Shown here one piece after another: positions 38,506 to 50,071 of a stretch of 64,000 nt of DNA. Made by a program: the position numbers and the translations under genes. Origin of the DNA: Moniliella sp. 'wahieum' (taxonomy: Eukaryota); the NCBI GenBank assembly GCA_003971905.1, contig RSEE01000070.1, positions 248,001 to 312,000 on the forward strand. Direction: 5' to 3'. Positions within the stretch are counted from its first letter, which is position 1. Every line of letters starts with the position of its first letter. Under the pieces are notes generated by a model. That model saw only the letters and a list, made by a program, of their open reading frames with translations. It was not told where the DNA came from and did no database searches.

Positions 38506-41500
38506 ATGCCGCCGCCGCGCTCGTCCAGCGGCTCGGTCCACACGCCCGGACGCGTCCTGGACCACAGCACCTCCCCACCTCTCCGCGCTCTCCTTCCTCA
38601 GCTCCGAGCCCCACACGCGCACCAGCGCCTCCACCCGCCCCCGCGCCTCCACCCGCGCCTCCACCCGCCCCCGCCCTCCCACTCCCGCTCCCGCCCCGCC
38701 TCGCCCCTCCTCTCGCCCCCCACCGCCCCCACACCAGCACCGCAGCCGCTCCGTCTCGCCCCTCTTCCCCGCCCTCCCCCGAGCTCGGCCTCGGCCTCAC
38801 CCTCGGCCCCCCGCCCCGACGACTACTTCTCCTTCGTCTCCTCCCTCGCCCCGCCCCGCCCCATCCGCATCACCGCCCACTCCCTCGACAGCGCTCGCGA
38901 ACAGCTTGCGGCTGCCCACCGTACGTCCCCCCCCCGCCCCCTCCCGTGCGGATCGCGCTCATCTGACCTGTCTTCCCCACCTTGTGCAGAACCCGTCTCC
39001 CATCTCGTCCTTTCCCGCATTGACAGCCCCCACCTAGTCGATTTCTTGCAAGAACACCTGCCTACTCTTGCACGAGCCTCCTGTGCGTATCTTGCAGCCC
39101 TTTTCTGCTCTCCCGTTTTGCTTTTCTCTCCTTGCTGACCATCGTGGGCATGCGCGGGTTTTTGTTCAGTGTGCTCAAGATCGATAGATGCCACCTTACC
39201 AAACTGCTCTCTCCCTGGGGCTCTGCACGGTGCTGGAGGAACTCGACATTTCCCACAACCCGCTAGCCGAACTTCCTGCCTCGGTTGCCCACCTGCACCC
39301 TCCGCGTCCTTCTTGCCGACAACGCCGGGCTGGAGAGCCTGCCAAGCTGGTTGGGGGATCTGAGTCACCTCAAGGTCTTGTCGGCCAGCCAAAATGCACT
39401 GACGCATCTGCCGCCTACCCTGCATCAACTTGTCCACCTCGAGCGTCTCAACCTCGATCGCAACCCTTGGGCTCCCTCTTGGGCGTCTGTCGTGGCAGCC
39501 ATCGTGCATGGCCCCCTGGACCGGCCTGACTTACCTTCGGCCAGTCGGTCGTCTGTCGCGCTCGACAGCAGCTGCGGAGAGGATGAGGTTGACGTCGCCA
39601 CCAGCCCTCCGTCTGTTGCGCCCAGCAAGACGCCACCTCGGATCTTGTCGGCGATGCGGCCCAAACGGTCGCTGGGAGATCTCAAACAGGGAGCCAAGGC
39701 CCAACGAAGCTCCATCTCTCTCCATGGCCTGGGCGCACGACGAGCCTCCAGTTCCAAGGGCTTGAGCCGCCCTAACACGCCTGTACAGTCGGCATCCAAA
39801 GGCCGCCATTCGCTCGGCTTGTCCGACGAAAAGGACCGATCTAAATGGAGCTTTTCCCTGCGCAAGCCAAAGGGCCTCAAACTTGAGCCACCGCCGTTGC
39901 CCTTCCCCTTCCCCCGCAGTCTCTAATACCTTTTTGGGCACACCCAAGTCCGAGCGTTCATCGCATTTGGATCTTGCTGCCCTGCTCCTGCGCTTCGGTA
40001 TCGGCATCGGCATCGGCATCGGCTTCGTCTTCGGCCTTGGCTTCTACGTCAACCACTTGTCTTCCTTCAGGTGTGACCGCCACTACTTCTTCCGCTCCTC
40101 TCACTCCCCTCGATATCCGACGCTTTTCAGGCTTAACTTTTGGGAAGAGCTCTCCCATCAAACTTCAGGATCATCGGAACTGGAATCTCCCTTAACACTC
40201 CATTCTGTTCTCCCCGACCGAGCGTCGAGGAATCGTCCCCTGTCACCCACACCATACCACCGTCCCGAAAAAACCGTTGCGTCACTCACACTCAGTCATA
40301 CCTCGGATTATGATGATGATGTCTGGACTCATCGACAGATGGTTGAACACCGAGCCGACATAAACATCTCCTCTCTTACTTGCGTGATATGCACGACCTG
40401 CAGCTCGCTCAGCATGCTCACCAAGCCTCCACCCTCGCTGCCACCCACCCTCCTTCCACCTCCTTTCATACCCGTCCGATTTGCAGCGGTCCACAGGGCC
40501 GAGCCTGATGTGTTGTCCCCACCCTTGTTGGCTGACGAGAAGCGGCGCGACGATCCTCTGCTCCGAAGACGGATCATCGAGGAGATTATCACATCCGAAG
40601 AGTCGTACGTGCGCGGGATGCAAGAGTTTATGGATGTCTATGTCGCTGCGGCGCAACAGCCTGAACCTCCCTCGACCACTCCGACCATTCCGATGGCAGA
40701 GCAACATATCGTCTTTGGCAACTTGCCTGTTCTCTTCATTTCCACACCACAACATTTTTGCCTGCGCTGCAGGCTGCCAGCCAAGCTCTTGAGACGGACC
40801 CGACGGCTGTCGATGCTGCCGAACAGGTGGCCGAGGTCTTCCTTCATCATTCGGCCTTCTTCTCCATGTACACGACCTACATTAACAACTGCGACTTGGC
40901 CCAACACCTCGCGGCGCTATGGGATGCTCAGACGGTGCCTCCGGCCGTTGAGGCGCGGTTAGCAGCCCTGCTGCACGCACCGACCTCGACCACCACGCCT
41001 GCCTTGTCACCCGTCACAACACCTATCGAACTGGTTTCCTCCCTTTCGGCGCCGTCAGGGGACCTGTCTCGACCCGTTTCGCCTCTTACTCCATCCATGA
41101 CCTCGAGTCTCACCGCTTCCAGTTTAAACCCGCAAGCCTGGCACCCCTCCTGACACCAGGCAAGTCGTCTCGCGTGGTGGCTCTCGGCAAAGTGCACGTA
41201 AGGCTCGGCAAAAGTACTTGCGCAAATGTGCTGCCGACCCACGTAGGACGCACATGTCCATCGAGTCGTACTGATGCTCCGGTTCAACGCGTGCCGCGTT
41301 AAGACTACTATTGGAGGCTCTGGTGCGTGCCACGCCCGCCTGGGACCAGTTCTCGGTCGACGAGCATGGCCAGTACCGACCCATCGTCCCTGTGCCCCAT
41401 CCGGCATCAACGTCCACGCCCTTGGGCTCAGGACCGCTCCAGTCCAGTCCTCGCAGTACCCTCATCTCTTTCGGAACCATGGATTGCCACGGCAGCAGCG

Positions 41501-42389
41501 TTTGCCTCGGTGATGGATGCCGCCGAGGCAGGCCTGGACATGGACTGGAACTTGGACCTGGTCTACGATAGTCATCGTCGCACCTCGGTGCGTAAGCCCA
41601 ACGAGCGTACCAAGGCGGTAGCCGTCCAGCTGCCCGCTCAGCCGGCTGGATCGAGCATTGGTTCAAGTGCGTGAACTGGCGCATACCATCAACGAATCCA
41701 AGCGTTCCGCCGAGCAGACGCGACGCTTGACCGAATGGGCAGCTCGGATCGTAGGTAGCTTCCCCTCGCCGTTGGTCCAGCCGCACCGGCACCTGATCCG
41801 AGATGGTTGTGGTTCTGCGCAAGATGGTTCGGCTCGGGACGGAACCACATCCGACTCGCCCCTCTGTCCTGCTGCCCACGCTGGAACAGACAGTGGTCGA
41901 TCAACCGCTTGTGCTTCTCCTGTGCTCTGACTGGCTGTCTTTTCCAAGCTCGTCCTGACGGGGTGTCACTTCTGCGCGCAGCGGGGGGGGGAAGAAGCTG
42001 CGGCCCAAGCCGCTGCGACCGAAGCCGTGGCTGGTCTGCCCCCTGCCCAAGGACCCACCTCCACGTCGAAACTGCTTCTGCACATTACTTCCCCTCCTGA
42101 TCGGCAGGCCCGTGCTCCAAGCGACGCAGATGGTGTTGGAGTGTTTGCGTGTTGCGTGCCGATGGCTCTGCACTCCCCTTCCGCTTCCGCTTCCCATTCC
42201 GCTTCCATTCGCTGCTGCCGCCGACGCACCGGCACGTGTGCGTTTGGCCGCGTGGAACGCGTGGATAAGTTGATGGTACGCATCGTGCACCAGTCCAAGC
42301 TGTTTTTGCTTTCAGCCCAGTCGGCCGGGGACGCGGACGCTTGGGTCGCTGCGTTTCATCGTTGCGCACGAGTGATTCGTGATTCGTGA
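38506..42389 (+). CDS. LRR - DH (RhoGEF) - PH domain protein
   Basis: LRRs: LEELDISHNPLAELP, LRVLLADNAGLESLPSWLGDLSHLKVLSASQNALTHLP..LERLNLDRNPW. DH: RRRIIEEIITSEESYVRGMQEFMDVYV..FSMYTTYINN..VRELAHTINESKR. PH end: LFLLSAQSAGDADAWVAAF. Frameshifted. Confidence 0.82.
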
Positions 42390-42495
42390 TTCGTGATTCA
42401 TGGCTTGTCTTCCAGTCTGGAATCAGGAATCAAGAATCGGGAATCAGGAATCAAGAATCGGGAATCAGGAATCAAGAATCGGGATCAGGAATCGT
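42372..42495. repeat. Heptamer arrays (GTGATTC)x4 and RGAATCR units forming a 21-bp higher-order repeat
   Basis: gtgattc x4 at 42372-42399; GGAATCA-GGAATCA-AGAATCG x3 from 42419. Confidence 0.9.
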
Positions 42496-43789
42496 GGGGT
42501 TCCTTTTTTCTTTCGTCGGTCGTCCTTTGTCTTTTGTCGTTCGTCGGTCGTCATTCCTCATTCGTCATTCGTCTTTTTCTTCGTTTTCTGGCGCGTCTTT
42601 CGTCCGGTCTTTGCGAGCCTGGGGGTCCCTTTGCTGTATCTTCCTTGACTTGCTGCTTCGCCCTCTTCTTCGCGGCGTCTGACCGTGTCGGTGCATCCCC
42701 CCCCTCATTCTCTTTCTTCTTTCGCGCTTCGCGTTTCGTGTTTCGTTGTTTTTTGCGTTTCTTCTTCTTTTCTTGTCTTCCTGCCTTTCTTGGCCGTCTG
42801 CCTCTCATGCCCTGCTAGGTCCCCGCCGCATCATCCATTATCCGTCACTTGTTTATGAATATGACCCACCCTCCTTTGTGCGGTTCTCGACAAACCCGCT
42901 TCACACGACCTCTCTCCCCCCCCGCGGTACGTACAGGATGCGACGATGCGATGCACCTCTGCTGCTGCACCTTCGTTTCTGTGTTTGGGACTTCTTTCTG
43001 GGCTTCTTGGTTCTGCCTTCCCGCATTCTCTCCACCTGAGTTGTATGCGCCAAGTACTACGGACCAAACTCAGTGCCCTTAATACACTCCATGCCGTTCT
43101 GCTTCGACCTTCCCATCCCCTCGTTCCCTTTCATCCCCTTTTTCTTCTCTACTTGCACTGGTACGGAAGAAAATAAAAAAGAAACAGCTTTTCTGTCGTT
43201 TCGTTAGTTCTTGGAACACCATCTCATCTCCCTCCCGCTCCCGCTCCCCCGGCCCCATCTCTCGTTCCACCCCTTTCCCCTTCCGCGATCTTTCTCTTAC
43301 CCAGCGGCTGCCCTGGCGCTCTACTATCCCGTGCCCCACATGTTGCATTGCAGAACGCAAGCAGGCGGGGGCAGCTGGTGGGCCCCATATACGTCCGCCC
43401 ACCGTCGACCAATTCAACCCCATTGTGATTGGTCGGGTCTGCCAGTGGTCGTTGGTTTCCGCGGCTGATGTCCTGCCCCCTCTCCTTTTTTCTCAATGCT
43501 ACCTCATACCCTAGAATGCCTTCTTTTGTTTCTCTTGCTTGGTTTCTTGCTTTCCTTGCTTGGGTTCCGTGTTTCTTAGGTCCTGGCCAGTGACTGGTTC
43601 GCGTCCCCCGACCACCTCTCTCCTTTCTGCAGCACTACTAGTGATAGACAGAAGTTCTTTTTCCTCTCTTCTCGTTGTGGCGTTCGGGGTCGAGTTCGGG
43701 TTCTACTTCGAGTTAAGAGGAGGGGCCGGGTTGTGTAGTTGGACTCAGGTGCTTGTTTGACGCTCGAACGTTGGAACCCCCCAGCCTCT

Positions 43790-43868
43790 ATCCCATCCCA
43801 TATCCCATCCCATCCCATCCCATCCCATCCCATCCCATCCCATCCCTTTCCATTCCATCCCACCCCAT
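43790..43868. repeat. (CCCAT)n pentamer microsatellite
   Basis: Direct reading; a shorter copy lies just upstream of the calmodulin ATG (60413-60445). Confidence 0.9.
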
Positions 43869-44592
43869 GTCTCCCCCGCAACCACCGCCTGTTTCCCGGA
43901 TCTCATCTCTTTCGTTTCTTTTCCTCCTGTCTCGATTTCGACACTGTGGGGTGTGGGCACTGTATAATGCAGCATCATGGTTATCGATTATCCATCATCT
44001 TTGGCACCTTGTACCTTGTATCAAGCCTCAATCTTCAATCCTCCCTCGCCGCCTACTCCTTACCTCTATACCGTGGTGTGCACGACTGGGTTAATGGATT
44101 GGATTGATTGGGCAGGACGATGGCCCTTGGGCGAGGGGAAGTAGGAGGACGTCAGGCATACAAAGACAAGAGGCGCGTGCAACCAGATCAGATCTCAGAG
44201 CGGCTGACACGGCTACAGCACCCAAACTTGCCGCCATTTGCAAGCGTGCGGGGCCGCTGGGGGCCTGTCGGGCAGGTCGGTTTGGAGTTCGGATGGGAGC
44301 GGCGGGAAGCTGCAGCGGAAGCTGGAAGCTCCAGTTGGACCCCGAAGCCTCTGTCTCACACAGCGCCACACTGCCTCTGCGCTGCCTAGGCGGGCTGTCA
44401 GGTTCCGGGTCAGCCCGATCATCGATCGGTAATCACCGATGGGTCGCTTCCCTCGCCTTTTTTTGCCAAGGTCTGGCTTTCCGCTTGCCACTTCTTCCCG
44501 ACGCGTGTTTGCTGTTGGGAATAAATGGGACAGCACTATTCAGTGTAAAGTGCATCCCACCACCACACCCACCCACCTCCTCTTTCGTCACC

Positions 44593-45387
44593 ATGTCCTC
44601 CACCCTCGACAACGCTGCGTACGGAGACAGCTCCTTCCGCAATGCGCAGTACGAGTACACCATCAAGTGGGGTGTCGCCGGCTTCGTAGGAGGCGGTGCT
44701 GGTATTGGCTACCCGCTCCTCTACCTCGCCTCGCGCAAGTGGCCCGCCGTCGCCCGCGCCCACCCGAGCGTCCGCTTCTCCTTTGTTCTCTCTAAGCGCC
44801 TGCGCCATGGGTACCATTGCCGCTGACAAGGCGGGCTTGCGCTTTGATCGCATCCACCGCAACGACACCGGTGCCGCCATGCTCGCTCGTTCCCAGACCA
44901 AGGAAGAACAGATTTGGAGCTCGCTCACCCCGGGACACAAGGCATTGACGCTCGCCAAGGACAATAAGATTGCCGTCGTATTCGGAGGGTACGTATTCTT
45001 GCCCCAATGGGTTGATCTAGAGCTTCTGCTGTTTCTCCTCCCCCCGTTGCGGTGACTAGTGAACTGACTATCTGTCCCCGTCATCCGTATCCCCCTCTTC
45101 CTCCCTTGCAGATGGCTCTCTTCCATTTCTCTTGTCGCTCTCTACCTCCAATCCACCCCTATGACTGGCCCGCAAAAGCTGGTCAGGCACGTGTCTGGGC
45201 TCAGGGCGTGACGGTAGGTGCGATCTTGGGTATGGCCGCTCTGGCGCAAGTCAAGACCCCCGGCGACGAAATCGAACAACTGCGCGAATCCAACCAACAG
45301 CACTCTTGGATCCAGTCGCTGGAGTACGAGCAGCCCGACCTCAAAGTCGCTCTGGAGCAAGTCAAGAACCAAAACAAGCAGGCTTAA
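44593..45387 (+). CDS. RCF2: Respiratory supercomplex factor Rcf2-like (HIG1 domain) protein
   Basis: N-terminal hydrophobic segments, IAADKAGLRFD, and HIG1 motif K..QARVWAQGVTVGAILGMAAL. Intron ~44989-45110; frameshifts. Confidence 0.8.
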
Positions 45388-45906
45388 TAGCTGTCCCCAC
45401 CCGTATTAACCGCGTTTAATTAAGTTCGCACAGCCCGCAACTGCGTGCCTTGGAACCAAAAAAGCTTCACCCACATACCCTCGAACATCCTTCTTTTGCT
45501 GGATGCATTCTTCAAGCTTCAGTTGCATGGTATATTTTGTGCCCACAAGTATATCTTCTTGCTGGCTCCTCTTGCTCCCCTTATTTGCTCCTCTTTATGT
45601 GCTGCGCCCTATGATGGCAGGCGAGTCTGGGGACCAGAGTTGTACCCACTGTGTGGCAGACCTTTGGCACAGGTCTTTGGGAATCCATCTCGCTGGCCCA
45701 GAGGGGTCCCATTGACCCCCTCTCTACCTAATCCATCACCGCAACCTACCAAAACCCACCACAACGTCTCACAGCCGACCCCAACTCTAGTTATCCCCCA
45801 CCCCCCGCCCAGCTCACATTCGATCAAGCACTTTTTTGTTTTGTACTTGATGCCCCCTTGTTACACCACTTGGAATCGAATATATGGATGGTACTGTGTA
45901 CGGTAC

Positions 45907-46095
45907 CGCCGATCCAGCGATCAGCACATCTGGCTGCCTTGGGCCGTGGTGACCGGTGAACGGCTGAACAGCAACGAAGCAGATTAGATTGTTATATTTG
46001 CCAAGTGTGTCTTTTCTCTGACGGATCTTCAAGCTTCAACATGACCCGCGAGAGCTTGACCGCAACTGTCTTGTCGAAATCGGGTAAAATAAGGA
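45907..46095 (+). repeat. Diverged direct repeat, copy A (upstream of the nitrilase)
   Basis: Collinear blocks shared with 48421-48630: CGCCGAT, TGAACGGCTGA, TCTCTGACGGRTCTTCAAGCTTC, TTCAACATGRCCC, CCGCAACYGTC, GGGTAAAAT. Confidence 0.85.
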
Positions 46096-46983
46096 GATTC
46101 ATCAGCGAATCTCACGAAGAGGTGTTAATAACCGTCTTAATTATCAAACGGCCGCATTCTGTGGCATCTACCTATACGGACCGTTGATGGGCATAGCCCT
46201 TAGTCCTTGCAACTGCTTACTCCCCAGCCTCATTTGGCCTATGCTGGTGTGTCTTGAAGAAAGAGTGGTGGTTCTTTCACCTTGAATGTGTCAGCGGGGC
46301 AACCCAATGGAGTTATGCAGGTACTATAAAAAGTTTTAACAGGGCCTAAATCCGGGCCCATGGAGTTAGTCCTCAACTAAGTCTTTCAAAAGCTATCGTA
46401 CTATAGTATGATTGCCTATATCCGCCACATCCAGAATTCTTACAGCGGACGACGGTGTATGTGCACCGCCTGGATTCAGATGACACTAGTGAGCGGCAAG
46501 AATGGCTCTGGGATTCTTTAGAGAAATGGCATTGACACAGCTCTGCTGACATTTGACAAGCTTTGGAGCAATGGAGATAGGCCACAAGCTGCAAACTCCG
46601 GAGGGTCAAGCCAAGGAAAGCCCTTCAAGTTGGGTTCCAGAACGACATCACGTCGCCAGCTTCTCAATCCTCCTCAACTTCCTTTTGGGTGGAGATATAG
46701 GCTCATACGCTGATGTCGTCAAATGGGAGATGCAATCTCCACGGAGACAGTAGCATACTAGGCTACACCATGCTGATATGCCCGACGGCCTCCACAAGCT
46801 TGCATCAGTTCTCCTCTCTGTGTAGGGGGTCACTCAGGAAGCAACCATCCTTGAAAGTGTGCTGCATCCCCCCCAATGTTGTTATAAAAGCGCATCTCTC
46901 TGTCGGATCTCCACTCTTGCCCCTCCACCACACTATCCGCTCATCCTCAGTCTTCTCTCACAACATATCCCGCCGAATTCAAC

Positions 46984-48044
46984 ATGTCTGCCAACCTCAA
47001 CCCTCAAATCATTCGCGTTGCAGTTACCCAGGCCGAGCCCGCTTGGTTCAACCTGGAGCAGGCGGTTACCAAGACGATCAAGCTGATTAACGAGGCCGCT
47101 GACAATGGCGCCAAGCTTGTCACGTTTCCCGAGGTCTGGATCCCTGGCTACTGCAACTGGCGCTGGTACGTATCTTCTCCTGTGCAATATCCTGGCGTAT
47201 ACACCGTGACCCCCTGCCATAAGCAGCCCTTGTATACTTGCTTGACAAGGAGTGTTGACCTGTCTTGATTCTCACCAGGATGCGCGGGCTTGACCCCGAG
47301 ACCAGTCTTGATTATGTTAAGAACTCTCTGCCGATCAATTCGCCCGAGATGGACTCGATCAGGGCTGCCGCTGCCGAGCGCAACATAGCGGTCCTGCTCG
47401 GCTTCAGCGAGCGTGAAGGTGGTAGCGTGTACCTCGCACAGGCCATCATTGGCGCTGACGGAAAGATCCTTTTGACGCGGCGCAAGTACAAGGCCACCTA
47501 CGTGGAACGCACCGTGTATGGTGATGCCGACTCGACGGCCCTGAACACCGTGGCCGAAGTACCGGGAATTGGGCGTGTCGGTGGACTCAACTGCTGGGAA
47601 ACCATCCAGCCGCTGCTCAAATACTGGACCGCCACCCAGGGCGTACAGATCGTCGTAGCGAGCTGGCCCAGCGGCGCTGAGACCGACCCGCACTGGGGCA
47701 TGGCTTCCGAGGGTTCCAGGCGGCCACTCGCGTTACCGCTCTCAGGTGCCTTCGGGTTGTGCTGCACTGCCGTCCTCAGCGAGGCAGGTATCAAGGCGCA
47801 CAAGACCGAGGGACACATCATGTACGGCAAGCCTGGTGGCGGTGCAGTGCCATTTACGGCCCTGACGGCCGTCTTCTTCGAAGCCGCTCTCGCCCACCGA
47901 GGAGGGCATCGTTTACGGCGACCTCAACTTGGACGACTGTGTTTCGGCCAAAGTGTACGACGACGTGGTCGGACACTATTCTCGCTCCGATTGCTTTGGC
48001 TCGGCGTCGACAAGACCCATCGTACTCCTCTTGGCCCGCAGTGA
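46984..48044 (+). CDS. Nitrilase (arylacetonitrilase-like, carbon-nitrogen hydrolase family)
   Basis: [10 protein letters not shown]; catalytic E in [10 protein letters not shown] in [12 protein letters not shown] in [23 protein letters not shown] near the C-terminus. TATAAAA at 46883; intron 47166-47278; frameshifts in the 3' third. Confidence 0.93.
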
Positions 48045-48420
48045 GGGCATCGCAGAACTCTGGTTGGGGCATGCCCTGAATGCCAGCTTACAGGTATAAA
48101 GTACGAAAAGCTGACCCAAAAGGGGGTCCCATGACTATGAGCGAAGATTCTGCGTACAACCACCACAATTCACTACTTTTCATCCACAGGACAACCACAA
48201 AAATACCTGTCACATATAGTAGCTATAGGATAGTCGATAAAATCAGTCATGGGTCTCTGGTCTCAGGTTACCTCATATCTGCGTATAGCGACTGCAGGAT
48301 CGTAGTGAGGCTCAGCTGGATGAGCTGTGTATTCGTCACGTCTCGAGCCGCCCCAGTTCTCATCAGCCAGACGGGGACACGACGATTCGCCGACTACCGT
48401 GCTGGGCTTGGACAGAAATA

Positions 48421-48630
48421 CGCCGATAAAGCGTCAGGATTCAGGCCTAGGCCGACACTATGCATGCGATCATGATGAACGGCTGAGATGTACAGCAAAA
48501 CGATATACATTGGTGGCTTTTCCCCCCCGAAGAAGGGGTGTTCTCTCTCTGACGGGTCTTCAAGCTTCTCCACATTCAACATGGCCCAAGTCCTCGTCCG
48601 CAACCGTCAAAACAGGGTAAAATGATAAGG
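48421..48630 (+). repeat. Diverged direct repeat, copy B (downstream of the nitrilase)
   Basis: Same blocks in the same order as 45907-46095, including 22/23 identity between 48546-48568 and 46015-46037. Confidence 0.85.
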
Positions 48631-50071
48631 GTGTGGACGATTGAAAAGAGGGGTATTTTTGTCCCTCACCAAATGTTGGCGTCTCAGTACTCTGATCCCA
48701 GTCCTATATAATGTCCTTTCGGTTGACAACGGTAGCGACTTGTAGAAGGCTCTGACCTATTATAGGAAACACACCTAGTCTCCAAAGCACAGACCGATCA
48801 GCGAGGGAATCAAGGAACGAGGTGAGAGAGGGGTAAAGGAAAAGGGGAAAGAGAGGTGGTGGTGAACAAGAAGAGGACGGAATATTAATATAGAAACAAC
48901 AACGGCTTCCCTCCTATATGGACTAAGAGAGGGCAGCCCAGTGCGGATTCGATGATCGGCTTTTTTCTGTTCACTTCATCGCTTCATCCAACACACATAC
49001 CTCGGTGGTGCCATTCAAAGTACGAAAAGACGACGAATTCCCATTCAGACCCCTCAAGCCTCACGATACCTATAACTAGATAACTCCTCAGACCTCTGAG
49101 AGACCTCAGTCAGAAACACCTCAGATACAACCTGTCTCACTCCAGAGACCAACAAGAGGCCCGAGCGGCTTACAACCTTCAACATGAAGCTTCCCTGCAA
49201 TCAGGCTCCAACAACGATTACATGATTACAGACAAACTGGATCATGAACCACTGCATCATGCAAATCAAATCAGGGCCACACAGGTCATACATTTTCACG
49301 AGTCCAGGCATGACCTGGCACCTCTACCCCGCTGCCCCCTCACCTCCATCACCAACTTCATAACCACCCAACATGGCTTAGCTTTAGCTCTAGTGCCAGG
49401 CAAGTAGATCCCCCCCCCCCAAAGCGAACCCAACGAAGAGAGAAGACAGAAGGAAATAAGGGCGAAGGAAGGAGAACAAAAACTCCTCATCAAGTTCCCA
49501 CCTCCCTCTCCCTCAAAACAAGACCAAAAGACACGAACAGGTGCGAGTGGCAACCGAAGCAACCGAAGCAACCCAAGCTCCGCCTTTGCAACGTCACTCA
49601 TGAAGTCCCGTTCGGGCGGCTCCCTTCACCATAACGCGTCAAGCCGTAACGGATCACCAGGAAACTCCCCTCCTCCCTGGGGATCCAGTGCATCCCCGAA
49701 ACGGCATCCAGAAGAACCAAGACGGGCCCCTAAGCCAAGGAACACCCCCTCCTTGGCGTTGGGGATGAGAACATGAGAAAAAAGAGAAACAAGGGAAGAG
49801 AAAAAGGAGGATGAATGAAAAGGGTGAGATAAAGGAAGAGCATCAAATGGGAAGGAGATGAGGGCGGACGAAGGCAAAGATAGGGCCCGTGTAGCTCAGG
49901 TGTGGCGTGGTAGCGGGATTGAAGATGAAAGGTAAGAGTGGAGTGGGGTAGGGTGGGGTGGAGAGAAGTGGGCAGAATGCGAAAATGCAAAGGGGTCGGG
50001 GATACGGGGTGGGATACGCGGTACGAGACGAGGTCACAAAGGGGGACAACAGGACAACCAGTACCCGGGTG

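Noticed and set aside
42372..42495. Possible CRISPR-like array
   Set aside because: Contiguous 7/21-bp tandem units with no unique spacers, no cas genes, and a eukaryotic context.
45907..48630. Intact LTR retrotransposon
   Set aside because: No gag/pol, primer-binding site, TG..CA termini or target-site duplication seen; kept only as a direct-repeat-flanked cassette.
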